Shown: positions 1-10,255, numbered from the stretch's first letter. The stretch: DNA of 64,000 bases from an uncultured Paraglaciecola sp. (GCF_963977085.1 NZ_CAXBNC010000001.1:414054-478053), one strand, 5' to 3'. The notes: generated by a model not told the origin, from the letters alone. Numbers and translations: made by a program.

Positions 1-612
1 AACCGCAATACTCGATGAACCTACCCACGAAGCCAGTGTATCTATGGTAGCGCGACCAGGTAAGTTGAATGCCTTGTGGAACCCTTTTTGTAACAAGGTT
101 CCTACGAAGTCTAATAAACCGTAATCCGTTAAAAACGGCAAAAACAAGCACCCCAATCCAATCAACAGAAATATTGCGCCAGCCACATCAATATAGGCAG
201 TAACCCCCGTTTCTTTCGCTATTACCCATTCTGGGCCAACTTGAAATAGTGTCATGCCAGCAGTCACACCACCAATAACAGATAATAATGTCCATAACCA
301 ATGGGAGGCGATGAATTTTTCACTGTGAGGTAGGCGAGTAGAGAACGACCTAGGGGTTAGGTTATAAATTACCGAAAGCAACGCGCCGATAATAAAGATA
401 CTACAGGTGAAATACTTCATATTTTCACCAATAAGGCTGGTAAAGACGTTTGAAACAACGCCTAGAGCGATAGTCCACGACCCCTCGTAAACGAAGGGGG
501 TAAGGAAAAAGCCAATGCCGAATAGCGAACAGCCTAGCAATTTAGCCCAAGTAACCCATGAATTGCCTTCGCTTTGTGCCTGGGATATCGTTTTAGTTTG
601 ATTCTCTATCAT
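1..612 (-). CDS. YjiH-family (nucleoside recognition Gate domain) membrane transporter, 3' end outside the window
   Basis: Not in the ORF track. Manual translation from ATG at 612 (TAATG overlap with the upstream gene): MIENQTK...FLPFLTDYGLLDFVGTLLQKGFHKAFNLPGRATIDTLASWVGSSSIAV. Multiple TM segments and the FLTDYGLL..G / LPGR..ID..ASWVGS motif of YjiH-like proteins. Confidence 0.75.
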   Translation of the reverse strand, partial: MIENQTKTISQAQSEGNSWVTWAKLLGCSLFGIGFFLTPFVYEGSWTIALGVVSNVFTSLIGENMKYFTCSIFIIGALLSVIYNLTPRSFSTRLPHSEKFIASHWLWTLLSVIGGVTAGMTLFQVGPEWVIAKETGVTAYIDVAGAIFLLIGLGCLFLPFLTDYGLLDFVGTLLQKGFHKAFNLPGRATIDTLASWVGSSSIAV

Positions 613-1589
613 TATTCATCCCTTATTGGTGCGTTAACAGGCGTAACGGCTTGCTGGTTGCATAAGTAACCAATAACGTTATCGGCTATGAGATTGGTCA
701 TGGCCGTATATGCTTCTTTTTCAAAATTCGCGAAATGCGAGGTTAACGCCACATTTTTTGCTCGAATATCATTAACACTGTCGCTATAAACATCTAAACC
801 AGCGCCGTGTAACGCCTTATCATTTAAGCGCTCAATCAATGCATTTTCATCCACAAGTTCAGCCCTTGCGGTATTAACAAATACTGCATCACGTTTCATC
901 ATAGCGACAAGTTCAGCAGAAACTAGATTATTGGTTTGCTCAGACAGCGGCATATTTACGCAAATAAAGTCAGCGGTTTGCATCAAGGTGTCTAACGCAA
1001 CTTTGCGAGCACCGAGTTCATTTTCCATATTGCTGTTTGCGTATAAGTCGTAATAAATAATGGTGTTTTTAAAACCATGATGCATCATTTCAGCAACACG
1101 GGAGCCAATACGACCAAGACCTATCACCCCTGTGATTTTATTACGGATAGACACAGCTGTTGGGCGCTGAAATGAAGGTGCGGGGTCTGTCTTTATGGCA
1201 CGCCTTTCTGCACTAAGTGCCGGTATTTGCCTTGCAATCGCAACCAGCAAGGCGACTGTTGCTTCGGCTGTGGCATGAAAGGCTTCGTCCGTAGGTGTAT
1301 TAGTCACTACTATCCCTTTATGACGTGCGGCCTCTATATCAATATTCGAAAAACCTATACCATAATTTGCAATTAGCTTTACCGAAGACGGCAACTTAGC
1401 GATAACGTCAGCAGTAATGGCGTCTTCTGTATGTGTAATTAAGGCATCCGTGTGCTGAGCTTTTTCTAACAATTCAGACGCAGGGCATATGTCGTCTGTG
1501 TCTGTTGTAGTTAATCCAATGCCTTGCTCAGCTAAGCGTGTTTTTAACAGATCAGTATCAAACAATGGGCGAGTTAAAAAAACCTGCAT
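612..1589 (-). CDS. D-isomer-specific 2-hydroxyacid dehydrogenase (glyoxylate reductase-like)
   Basis: GVIGLGRIG Rossmann motif, ANYGIGFSNID, VTNTP, VNTAR, GLDV, LTSH. Confidence 0.85.
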   Translation of the reverse strand: MQVFLTRPLFDTDLLKTRLAEQGIGLTTTDTDDICPASELLEKAQHTDALITHTEDAITADVIAKLPSSVKLIANYGIGFSNIDIEAARHKGIVVTNTPTDEAFHATAEATVALLVAIARQIPALSAERRAIKTDPAPSFQRPTAVSIRNKITGVIGLGRIGSRVAEMMHHGFKNTIIYYDLYANSNMENELGARKVALDTLMQTADFICVNMPLSEQTNNLVSAELVAMMKRDAVFVNTARAELVDENALIERLNDKALHGAGLDVYSDSVNDIRAKNVALTSHFANFEKEAYTAMTNLIADNVIGYLCNQQAVTPVNAPIRDE

Positions 1590-1600
1590 ATTCTACTCCT

Positions 1601-3217
1601 CTAAAATGCATAGCCGCAATCGAGTGCGGCTTCACTGACTTCAATCAAAAAGGGCGCATTAAGATTGCTCGCTTGATTAAGTGCTTCTTTTAGTTCAGTT
1701 AGGCTATTTACATGAGTGGCTTGGCATCCCATGGCATTGGCTAAAGCAACGTAATCGGGAGGGATAATATCAACACCAATTTTGGCTACTTTTGCGTCGT
1801 CCATGAAGCGGCGAATTTCACCATGGCCATGATTGTTCCATACAATATAAATAACTGGGATTTTGGCATCTACGGCACTAATAATTTCATTGAGGCTAAA
1901 CTGACCGCCACCATCTCCGGTTAAACCGATAACCGGTAAACTGGGTACGCCAATGGCAGCCCCAAGAGCGGCTGGGAAAGCGTAACCCAAAGTGCCATAG
2001 CCGGTTGTAGAATGAAAATAGCGTGCTGTGTTGTTGGTTTCGTAATAAGCCTGTGCAAAATAAGCAGGTTGTGTTGAATCACCGACAATCACACAGTCGC
2101 CTAAAGTATCAGTAATGGTTTGGAAAAAATCGCCATAAATCGACTTTTTCATGTCTTTGGTTTTTTCTCTTAGCACGCCGCAATATGCAAACACCTCAGC
2201 ATTGGTGGTCTGCGGGGCTGCAGGTAAATGCTCTACAATTGCGTTTAATGCTTGTTGCGCGTCACAAAGAATAGGCAGATCAGGCTTATGGTTTCGTAAC
2301 AATTGGGCGCTGTCGATATCGATCCTGATCAACTTTCCTTTAATGTTTAAGTCCCCTAAGAAAAAGAAATCATAATCGGTTTCAGCAAGCTCTGTCCCCA
2401 CCGCCAGAACAACGTCAGCGTGCTTTTCAATGGCTTCACGTATTGCGGGATGTGATGGAGTTGACCCAATAAATAACGGATGATCGCTAGGCATAACACC
2501 TTTACCATTACAGGTATTGACCACAGGCATGTTTAACTTTTGCGCTAAGGTTTGCACCACTAGGTCCACATTTTTAGCACCGCCGCCTAATATCATTAAC
2601 GGATTTTTTGCTTGAGTGAGCATTTCAGAGGCTTGTTTGATGCTGTCTAAATCTGGCCCAGGAGCTTTAGGCATAGGCCATGGTTGCATATCAAGATGGC
2701 TTGCATCAGAGGCTAATACATCAATAGGAATTTCGATATGCACCGGACCTGGGCGCTGGCTAGTAAAGACCGCAAAAGCTTGAGCTAACACTTTAGGTAA
2801 GTTATCAACACTTAATAAAGTATGGCTGTATCGAGACACTTGTGAAGTAATGGCTAATTGATTAGGCAATTCATGTAGACGACCTTCACCCATAGATAAA
2901 TGCTGGGTGCGGTTAACCGAAGAAATCACCAACATAGGAATAGAATCTTGTAGTGCTTGTCCCATGGCTGTCACTATGTTGGTCATGCCAGGACCTGTAA
3001 TGATAAAACAGACCCCAGGTTTACCTGTCACTCTAGCGTACCCATCGGCCATAAAGCCTGCGCCTTGCTCGTGACGAGGTGTAATATGTTTCAGCGTAGA
3101 ATCGTTTAAGCCTCGGTAAAGCTCGATAGTATGCACACCAGGAATACCAAAAACAGTATCTACGCCATAGGCCTGTAATAAGCGAGTTAAGGCTTCACCG
3201 CATGTTTGTTTTTGCAT
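1601..3217 (-). CDS. ThDP-dependent decarboxylase, 5-guanidino-2-oxopentanoate decarboxylase (AruI)-like
   Basis: TCGE..RLL.AYGVDTVFGIPGVHTIELYRGL, TPRHEQGAGFMADGYAR, GDGG...WNN ThDP motif; N-terminus closely resembles AruI-family proteins. Confidence 0.75.
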   Translation of the reverse strand: MQKQTCGEALTRLLQAYGVDTVFGIPGVHTIELYRGLNDSTLKHITPRHEQGAGFMADGYARVTGKPGVCFIITGPGMTNIVTAMGQALQDSIPMLVISSVNRTQHLSMGEGRLHELPNQLAITSQVSRYSHTLLSVDNLPKVLAQAFAVFTSQRPGPVHIEIPIDVLASDASHLDMQPWPMPKAPGPDLDSIKQASEMLTQAKNPLMILGGGAKNVDLVVQTLAQKLNMPVVNTCNGKGVMPSDHPLFIGSTPSHPAIREAIEKHADVVLAVGTELAETDYDFFFLGDLNIKGKLIRIDIDSAQLLRNHKPDLPILCDAQQALNAIVEHLPAAPQTTNAEVFAYCGVLREKTKDMKKSIYGDFFQTITDTLGDCVIVGDSTQPAYFAQAYYETNNTARYFHSTTGYGTLGYAFPAALGAAIGVPSLPVIGLTGDGGGQFSLNEIISAVDAKIPVIYIVWNNHGHGEIRRFMDDAKVAKIGVDIIPPDYVALANAMGCQATHVNSLTELKEALNQASNLNAPFLIEVSEAALDCGYAF

Positions 3218-3311
3218 ATTTTAAACCTTTTACTTTATTTTTTATAAGTATGAGTAAACAGCGTTATATTTACTCATCAACTTTGCCTGTTAAGCGACGA
3301 GTCTGAGCACC

Positions 3312-4169
3312 TTATGCTGAGGCCTCTGCTTCTTGCCAAAGTTGCGTGGCGATTTCTTTCATAACGATAGCTTCTTCCCATCTGTCACTTAATTCTTCGC
3401 CGTTACCGTCAGTAATGGCGTATACAGGAGGACCGAGTTCACAAAGAAAGACACATGCATCATCGCTATCCTTGCCGTGACGCTGAATCCAGTTGTCAAA
3501 GCCTTCTCGCCACCAAGATTTGAACAAATCTAGCCAAGGTTTATTCTGCGGAAATAAAAACGGTACCTGTACCTGTTCACGTGTTGCTACTCGGCCGTGG
3601 AACGCTTCTGCACGAGTAAGAAATTCAGACATACGTTGGTGTGCCAAATCGTGTAGCGGTAAATAGTACTCTTGATTAACCAGAGTATGAGATAAATCAG
3701 CAACCATTAATAGCTCTGGGACCCGCTGCATAAGCTGAAGCGTAAAAAGCAGGTCATTAGTCATACAATTTCTATGTATTTCAACCAATGATGGGATATT
3801 AACTTTCTCACTGATAGCCATCCATTGTTGAGTAACACTTGCCACTTCCTCACTACTCCAAGGCTCAATTTGCCCTACTATGGCAATAAATCGCGGTTGA
3901 ATAGGTTGGCTTACTACAAAGTCTATAATTTCTGAGTAATGCGGCACACTTTTAACAAAGGCGTTGTAAACAAGGTCAAGATTATAGTGAGCCAACAAAG
4001 GCATGGCTTCTTGAATAATGTCAAAAGAATGGTAACCAATGTCGAAACTGACCCCTTTGAATCCTGCTTCAGATATTTTTTTTAATTTAACTTCAAGACT
4101 GAGTTCATAGCCATCGGGACGCCTATATTCCATTGCCCACATAGATTGAAAAACATCGAGCTTTGCCAT
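3312..4169 (-). CDS. Sugar phosphate isomerase/epimerase-like TIM-barrel protein
   Basis: VEIHR, ADLSH, FHGRVA..EQVQV and CELGPP.YAITD..G.ELSDRWEEA motifs of xylose-isomerase-like TIM barrels. Confidence 0.7.
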   Translation of the reverse strand: MAKLDVFQSMWAMEYRRPDGYELSLEVKLKKISEAGFKGVSFDIGYHSFDIIQEAMPLLAHYNLDLVYNAFVKSVPHYSEIIDFVVSQPIQPRFIAIVGQIEPWSSEEVASVTQQWMAISEKVNIPSLVEIHRNCMTNDLLFTLQLMQRVPELLMVADLSHTLVNQEYYLPLHDLAHQRMSEFLTRAEAFHGRVATREQVQVPFLFPQNKPWLDLFKSWWREGFDNWIQRHGKDSDDACVFLCELGPPVYAITDGNGEELSDRWEEAIVMKEIATQLWQEAEASA

Positions 4170-5776
4170 TATAGTTCCTTTGCTTTATTTGCTTGAATAC
4201 CATGCTTTTTAAATGCATGGGTTAGCGGTGTAAGTTGTGATTCGAATTGACGCCAAAGATTGACTGAGCGGCTGTAGATTGGCTCTCGAACTTGGCTGGC
4301 GCTAGCCGTATGGCTGGCACTGTCATTTTTGTGAAAGCTAAGGCATTTTGCATCCCATTCTAGATCACAAAATGTGAGTAGCTTTCGCGTTTCAGATTCT
4401 TGATTGTTAACCAAGTTTTCATATTCAATAGTATGAATTTGATCGGGGAATAAACCTTTCCATTGCTGCATTAACTCTGAGTATGCTGCTATGAAATTAG
4501 CCGTATCTTCTAGATCGTAGGAATATTCGTAACCACGATCGAACAACATTTTGAAATTGCTAAGGGCTGCATCAAATGGATTGCGAAGTACATGCACAAT
4601 TTTGGCATTGGGTATGGCTTGTAAAATTAAACCACAATACAAGAAGTTATAGGGTAACTTATCGACAAATATTGACGCATTACCAACATGATTTTTGGCT
4701 AATTGTAAGTAACGCTTACCAATATAACTTAAGGCCTTTGGTGAGAGTTTCTCAACTAAATTTTCATCTAATCCTTCTAACCCTGCTGCAAGAGGTTTTC
4801 CACCCGCCTCAAGCAGCGCCATAGGGAAAGCATTCAGTTCTCCGCCACTAATAACTTCTGAGTGACTGGCAATGATACGTTCGACTAAGGTGGTACCTGT
4901 TCTTGGTAATCCAACAATAAATATTGGCGATTGTTCAAGGTTTTCAGGAATTTCCAACGCTGACGTTTGTAACGTTTTCGACATTGCCACTAAAGATTTC
5001 ATTAGCGCTATATCTTTTGAAATATCGTAAGGCCGTTGTTTACGTTTAAGTTTAGCTCCTTGGGAATAGTGATTGAACGCTTTGTCGTAGTTACCCAGAT
5101 CTTCAAACACTTTACCGCTAGCATAGTGCAGCATAATTTGCCCCTTATCAGAAGGCGTTATTTGCTGTCTGCAATGTTCCAACAAAGGTGAAATATCCTC
5201 AGTACTTTTGAAACGTCTCAGTTGGGATAAGTTGTAACAGGCTTGATAGTTTGCGGGGTCTAAATCAATCACTTCACGATATAGCACTTCAGCATGTTCA
5301 AGGCTTCCATTAAAACGCAATAAAGCGGCTAATTGGTTGCGTGTAGACACTCGGTTTGGCTGAATAGCCAAGGCTCGGGTATGTGCTTCAATAGCCAAGT
5401 CTAATTGATTGACCATGTAGCGTAATTCACCTAACTTATCCCACAGCTTAGCCTCACTTTCGTTATGCAATAACGACTGAGCTTTATTTAGAACATTAAT
5501 AGCAGGTTCAAACGCCTGAAGCTGAAGATAACAACTCGCAAGATGAAAAATATTCCAAAGGTTGTCAGGCTCACAATCAATAGCTTTCAAGGCACTATTG
5601 ATCACCATTTTATTCTGACCTAGGCGTTTGCTTATATCTGATAAATCTAGCCACAATTGGGCATTTTTAGGATCACGGCTCAATCCATCAGTGCATATTT
5701 TGGCAGCTTTATCTAAATTGTTAGCAGCCAAATTTGCTTGAATTAATTCATGATGGTCTACATTTTTTTGATTCAA
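4169..5776 (-). CDS. TPR-containing sulfotransferase family protein
   Basis: N-terminal TPR helices; C-terminal IFIVGLPRTGTTLVE (PAPS-binding loop), DKLPYNF, HVLRNPFD, TASASQVREPIY. Confidence 0.9.
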   Translation of the reverse strand: MNQKNVDHHELIQANLAANNLDKAAKICTDGLSRDPKNAQLWLDLSDISKRLGQNKMVINSALKAIDCEPDNLWNIFHLASCYLQLQAFEPAINVLNKAQSLLHNESEAKLWDKLGELRYMVNQLDLAIEAHTRALAIQPNRVSTRNQLAALLRFNGSLEHAEVLYREVIDLDPANYQACYNLSQLRRFKSTEDISPLLEHCRQQITPSDKGQIMLHYASGKVFEDLGNYDKAFNHYSQGAKLKRKQRPYDISKDIALMKSLVAMSKTLQTSALEIPENLEQSPIFIVGLPRTGTTLVERIIASHSEVISGGELNAFPMALLEAGGKPLAAGLEGLDENLVEKLSPKALSYIGKRYLQLAKNHVGNASIFVDKLPYNFLYCGLILQAIPNAKIVHVLRNPFDAALSNFKMLFDRGYEYSYDLEDTANFIAAYSELMQQWKGLFPDQIHTIEYENLVNNQESETRKLLTFCDLEWDAKCLSFHKNDSASHTASASQVREPIYSRSVNLWRQFESQLTPLTHAFKKHGIQANKAKEL

Positions 5777-5797
5777 AATAACTCTTCTTAACTAAGG

Positions 5798-5820
5798 GAG
5801 CGCCTTAAGTAAAGGCGCTC
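5798..5820. other. Intergenic stem-loop without U-tract (mRNA-stabilising hairpin or weak terminator)
   Basis: GAGCGCCTT-aagta-AAGGCGCTC perfect 9-bp inverted repeat between the TonB receptor and sulfotransferase genes. Confidence 0.6.
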
Positions 5821-5826
5821 AATCTA

Positions 5827-8265
5827 TTAGAATTGATAGCTAACAGACACACCAACTGTTCGAGGACGTACACGGTACAATTGGTCACCTTGTTGTAAAA
5901 TGCTATATTGTTCACCCGCTTTACTTTCGCCAGCAGCGGTATCAGTTATGTATTTACCATCACCGTCAGATGCCGTAGGTGCATCGCTGTTGAAGAGGTT
6001 CTCAGCAAAAAGCGATACTGACCAGCTGTCAATGTCATACTTGGCACTCGCATTCCACAAAACTGAGGATGGAATTTCATCGTATCCTTGTTCATAAAAT
6101 GTCGAAGGCGATTGGTATCCAGTTGTAAACTCGGCTTTATAAGACACCCCAATTTGAGCAGAGAAAGTACCGTCACCCAGTTCTTGTTGGTAGTGTAGTG
6201 AGCTTACTAATGTTGACTCAGGAATGCCGGGTAAAGATTCACCTTCAACTGCTCCTAAGGTACCGTCTGGGGTAACAAAGTCTTCGGTAAGTTCCGCATT
6301 GGTGTAGGTATAACCAAGGTTAAGTTTAAATGCGTCACTTAATCGTGCATTTACCTCAAGTTCAATCCCTTTCGATACAGCGCTTTGAGCATTAATCATT
6401 GCGGGGAAACCGCCGTTTGGTGACTGTACTAGCAAGATAGGGTTTTCCCAATCGATATAATAAGCAGTTGCACTGTAATAAACATCGCTATCTAGCATGT
6501 TGCCTTTAATGCCAACTTCATAGTTAGTGGTTTTATCAGGCTCGAAGAATAAATAATCTTCACTCTCACCGAATATACCAGTAGTAGGCAAACCGTTTGC
6601 CCCACCATGACGGAAACCTTGGGAAATATTCAAATATAGTTTGGTGTCGATATCAATGTCGTAAGCTACATTGAAACGATAAAGCACATCACTGAAATCT
6701 TTTTCATCTTCACCTGATGCATAGCCTCGTAGATCGGTACCTGAATTTTCTGCATCACCACAGGTAAAGAATCCTAATGTGGTATTCCAAAATTCTTCAC
6801 ACGCAGGTAAAAGTACTTCTTGTTTGGCATAGAAATTTTGTTCGAAGTAGCGCAGGCCAGCAGTAACACTTAGTTGATCTGTAGGGTAGAAGGTAACTTC
6901 ACCAAATATCGCATAGTCTTCAAATTCAGTTTCTTGAATGTTGCCATAGCCAACATCAGTGCCTACTGGGTTGGTAATGTTAAATGCAGCGTCTAAACCA
7001 TAAACATAGTCATATGCTACCGTATTAAAATCTACTGAATTATAGTAAGCCCCTACCAACCAATCTATATCATTGTCGGTCGTTCCGGTTAAACGGAATT
7101 CCTGAGTAATAGTTTCTGTTTCGTAGGTTTTTTCGCCTACAATAATTTCTGACGCTGGAGCAACGCCACCAGTGTAGCCGTAATAAGAAATGTAGTAAGG
7201 CCCCCACCACGATGAGAATCCATAGTTATAACTTTGATCGTACTTACTTTTTGCTTCGTTCTTAGTTATGGAAGTAGCTGAAGTTAAATCAGCAAAACCT
7301 AAATCATGTTCAATTACTAGTGACGTAATGTTAGTTTCACGTTCAAATTGTTCAATGATTTTTGCAGCAGTTTCATATCCATCTAAGCCTTCAGAGCTTG
7401 CTGATGAGCCTTGAACATCATCTTTCTGCATATTGTGAGTCAGTAAAATTTCAGTATCTTCAGTTGGGAGCCAACGAGCAGAAAGACGTGCCATCGACAC
7501 ATCTTCATCGTTGATATCTTCCGCTGTAGTGTATTCTCCAGTAGGTTGATTATTGGCATCTAAACCAGCGATATAATCGCTGTCAATGTACCCGGCATTT
7601 TCTAACTGGGTTACTACACCGCGAATAGCAAAAGTATCGCTAAGGGGCACATTAAGTACAAACTCAAGGTCGTGATTTAAACCGCTAGCGTATTCCGTAG
7701 TAGATACTTTAGCTTGCACTTTACCTGATACGGCATCGAATTCTGGCTTATTAGGGATGTAGCGCATGGTACCGCCTAATGAGCCTGAACCATATAAGGT
7801 TGACTGAGGGCCTTTAAGCACTTCAATGCGATTCATGTCCCGTAATTCTAAGTTGGCGAAAAGTGGAGTTTCACCTAAATAAACCGACACCACAGGATCC
7901 GTGGTCATAGTGAAATCTTCTTGTGCACCACCAGTCAAGTTAAGACCGCGCATAATAATACCAGAAGAAATTCCGTTTTTACCACGGCCCACATCGGTTA
8001 AGGTTAACCCTGGAATAGAGCGTGCTAAACTAGAAAAATCAGTAATTCCGGCGTCCTCTAATGCCTCACCGCCGTATGCTGAAATACTATATGGCACCTC
8101 TTGAATAGTGGTTTCTCTACGGGTTGCTGTTACCGATATCACTTCAACGGCGTTTGCTTTAGCTTTACTTTCTGCTGGGGCAACTTCCGTTTGCGCCATA
8201 CTTACTAACGGCGAGCCTAGGCAGGCACAACAAATAGCAGTTCTTAGCTTGTTTGGTTTAAACAT
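5827..8265 (-). CDS. TonB-dependent outer membrane receptor
   Basis: Signal peptide, TonB box (EVISVTATRRE), plug motif IEVLKGPQSTLYG, NLF motif, C-terminal aromatic F. Confidence 0.95.
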   Translation of the reverse strand: MFKPNKLRTAICCACLGSPLVSMAQTEVAPAESKAKANAVEVISVTATRRETTIQEVPYSISAYGGEALEDAGITDFSSLARSIPGLTLTDVGRGKNGISSGIIMRGLNLTGGAQEDFTMTTDPVVSVYLGETPLFANLELRDMNRIEVLKGPQSTLYGSGSLGGTMRYIPNKPEFDAVSGKVQAKVSTTEYASGLNHDLEFVLNVPLSDTFAIRGVVTQLENAGYIDSDYIAGLDANNQPTGEYTTAEDINDEDVSMARLSARWLPTEDTEILLTHNMQKDDVQGSSASSEGLDGYETAAKIIEQFERETNITSLVIEHDLGFADLTSATSITKNEAKSKYDQSYNYGFSSWWGPYYISYYGYTGGVAPASEIIVGEKTYETETITQEFRLTGTTDNDIDWLVGAYYNSVDFNTVAYDYVYGLDAAFNITNPVGTDVGYGNIQETEFEDYAIFGEVTFYPTDQLSVTAGLRYFEQNFYAKQEVLLPACEEFWNTTLGFFTCGDAENSGTDLRGYASGEDEKDFSDVLYRFNVAYDIDIDTKLYLNISQGFRHGGANGLPTTGIFGESEDYLFFEPDKTTNYEVGIKGNMLDSDVYYSATAYYIDWENPILLVQSPNGGFPAMINAQSAVSKGIELEVNARLSDAFKLNLGYTYTNAELTEDFVTPDGTLGAVEGESLPGIPESTLVSSLHYQQELGDGTFSAQIGVSYKAEFTTGYQSPSTFYEQGYDEIPSSVLWNASAKYDIDSWSVSLFAENLFNSDAPTASDGDGKYITDTAAGESKAGEQYSILQQGDQLYRVRPRTVGVSVSYQF

Positions 8266-8308
8266 TAAATTTCCCCTCGAAATATGTCTTTTTGTGATTA
8301 ATTTTTAT

Positions 8309-8323
8309 TATGATGAAATCATA
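8309..8323. promoter_or_regulatory. Palindromic T-N11-A site, candidate LysR operator
   Basis: TATGAT-gaa-ATCATA in the divergent receptor/LysR intergenic region. Confidence 0.4.
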
Positions 8324-8519
8324 CTAATCATTGCCTTTTTAAGCCGCAAACAACGAAAAATACTGGCGCTATTCCAAAATGGAATGGCTTGTGAAACAAT
8401 GCTGAAGATCCCACTAACTCAGCTTTTCATTGTGTAAATTCTAAGTAAATAAAGGGTGACAAAGTCTGTCGTTGAATGAGTTAACTTGCCATTTTTTGTG
8501 GTGGGAATAACCTAAAAAG

Positions 8520-9437
8520 GTGATGAAAATGAGGGGAAAAAAGCTTCCTAGTATTATTTCTTTACAATGCTTTGATGCAGTAGCACATCACCTAAATATG
8601 ACTTACGCTGGCGCATCCTTACACTTAACTCAAAGTGCGGTTAGCCGCCAAATTAAAAATATTGAAGCCTTAATTGGAAGGAAACTGTTTTACCGTCAAG
8701 ACAACCAGTTAACCTTAACACCAGTAGGTGAGCAATACGCAGAAGAAGTCCATAAGATACTCAATAACCTCAACGCTGTAACACAAAAAATTTCTTCCAA
8801 TACCGATTACACTAAAAAGGTAAAGTTAAAAGTGGTGACCGAACCTACTTTTGCTATCGCTTGGCTTATGCCCAAGCTCAAGGAATTTTATGTTAACTAT
8901 CCTGATATTGAGATTGATTTAGGCACCGATTTTGAAGCCGTGGCAAGAAACACCCGTCGTTGTGATTTTGCTATATTGTGGGGAGATGGCGAATGGCCTC
9001 ATTATTATGCCGAACCACTCAGATCCGATACCTATTTAGCAGTTTGCTCACCTAAATATTTAAGAGGCAGAAAACCCGTAAAAACCATGCGGGAAGTGGC
9101 GAATTTTGATTTTATTCATCAAAGTAATGTTATCTCAACCACAGATAAATGGTTTCTAGAAGCCGGATTAACACAAAAAGAAATATCCTTAATAGGTGGT
9201 CAATACTTCGATCACTTTATTTACTTATTGCAAGCGGTAAAAAACAATATGGGAGTGTCGATCCTGCCAGAGTATTTGGTTCAAGACGACGTGCTTAATG
9301 GCAATCTTATTGTTGCATGTGAACAAACCTACACACCAGAGCATAAATTCTATGCTTTATACGATGAAGAACGCCAAGAAGATTACGCTATCCGTCAGTT
9401 TAGAAAATGGTTATTAACCCACAAAGATGACATGTAA
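8520..9437 (+). CDS. LysR-family transcriptional regulator (GcvA-like)
   Basis: LPSIISLQCF...LHLTQSAVSRQIKNIE...LF.R HTH; FA..WLMPKL..F substrate-binding domain. Confidence 0.92.
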   Translation: MMKMRGKKLPSIISLQCFDAVAHHLNMTYAGASLHLTQSAVSRQIKNIEALIGRKLFYRQDNQLTLTPVGEQYAEEVHKILNNLNAVTQKISSNTDYTKKVKLKVVTEPTFAIAWLMPKLKEFYVNYPDIEIDLGTDFEAVARNTRRCDFAILWGDGEWPHYYAEPLRSDTYLAVCSPKYLRGRKPVKTMREVANFDFIHQSNVISTTDKWFLEAGLTQKEISLIGGQYFDHFIYLLQAVKNNMGVSILPEYLVQDDVLNGNLIVACEQTYTPEHKFYALYDEERQEDYAIRQFRKWLLTHKDDM

Positions 9438-9451
9438 GTTCGGAAAAAATA

Positions 9452-10255
9452 TTGAGATATTCACCTGATTTATTTAGCTTAGAAGAACATATTGCACTTA
9501 CCGTTGCCCTAGGTACTGAGCATTTTTTTGATGTGTTAGAAAAGACCCTCTCTCAACATATTTCCTTCGGAAGTAGCTCTGCGATTTGTTATAACAAAAA
9601 CATGCCGCCAAAATTGCTCTTCTCGCACTTACTCGAACATGAACAAAACATATTCTATGCACGCTTTTTAGATGGTGCTTATGTCGCTAGCCCTGCCTAT
9701 CAGGGATTTATGAACAACTATGCAGATGGAGTATACCCTTGGAGGAACTTGATGCCAGAAGGCTTCAAGGAATCACAAATGTATTTGTCTTATTACCAAA
9801 CCAGTAATATTACAGACTTACTGTACTTGTTTGTAAATTGCGGGGACATTGGTTTTGTTCAGTTTTGCTTAGGAAGGCATGCTCCCAGTGCATCATTCAA
9901 TGAGTCAGAAATACATCTGATAGAGGCTATGTCTGTGTTTTTGCTTCCATTGATTAATAAGCATTGGGAATTTGCGGTGCAAAAACAAGCGCTGCAAATA
10001 CGCCCGCTTTCCTCTATTGTTTCAGAGCGAGTCAGTTATTTACTGAATAATTTCGAAGCCGAATTATTGACCTCCAGAGAAAGGCAAATAGCAAAATTGG
10101 TTATTACGGGACATTCGTCACAATCAGCCGCCGATACCTTAAATATTTCTCCAGGAACTGAACGTGTTCATCGCGCAAAGCTTTACGCTAAATTGAAATT
10201 ACGCTCAAGCTCAGAGTTATTCTCATATTTTTTACAGCAACTCACCGAACTTTAA
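9452..10255 (+). CDS. LuxR-family regulator with N-terminal sensor domain
   Basis: C-terminal LTSRERQIAKLVITGHSS..AAD.LNISPGT...HRAKLYAKL HTH; TTG start. Confidence 0.88.
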   Translation: MRYSPDLFSLEEHIALTVALGTEHFFDVLEKTLSQHISFGSSSAICYNKNMPPKLLFSHLLEHEQNIFYARFLDGAYVASPAYQGFMNNYADGVYPWRNLMPEGFKESQMYLSYYQTSNITDLLYLFVNCGDIGFVQFCLGRHAPSASFNESEIHLIEAMSVFLLPLINKHWEFAVQKQALQIRPLSSIVSERVSYLLNNFEAELLTSRERQIAKLVITGHSSQSAADTLNISPGTERVHRAKLYAKLKLRSSSELFSYFLQQLTEL

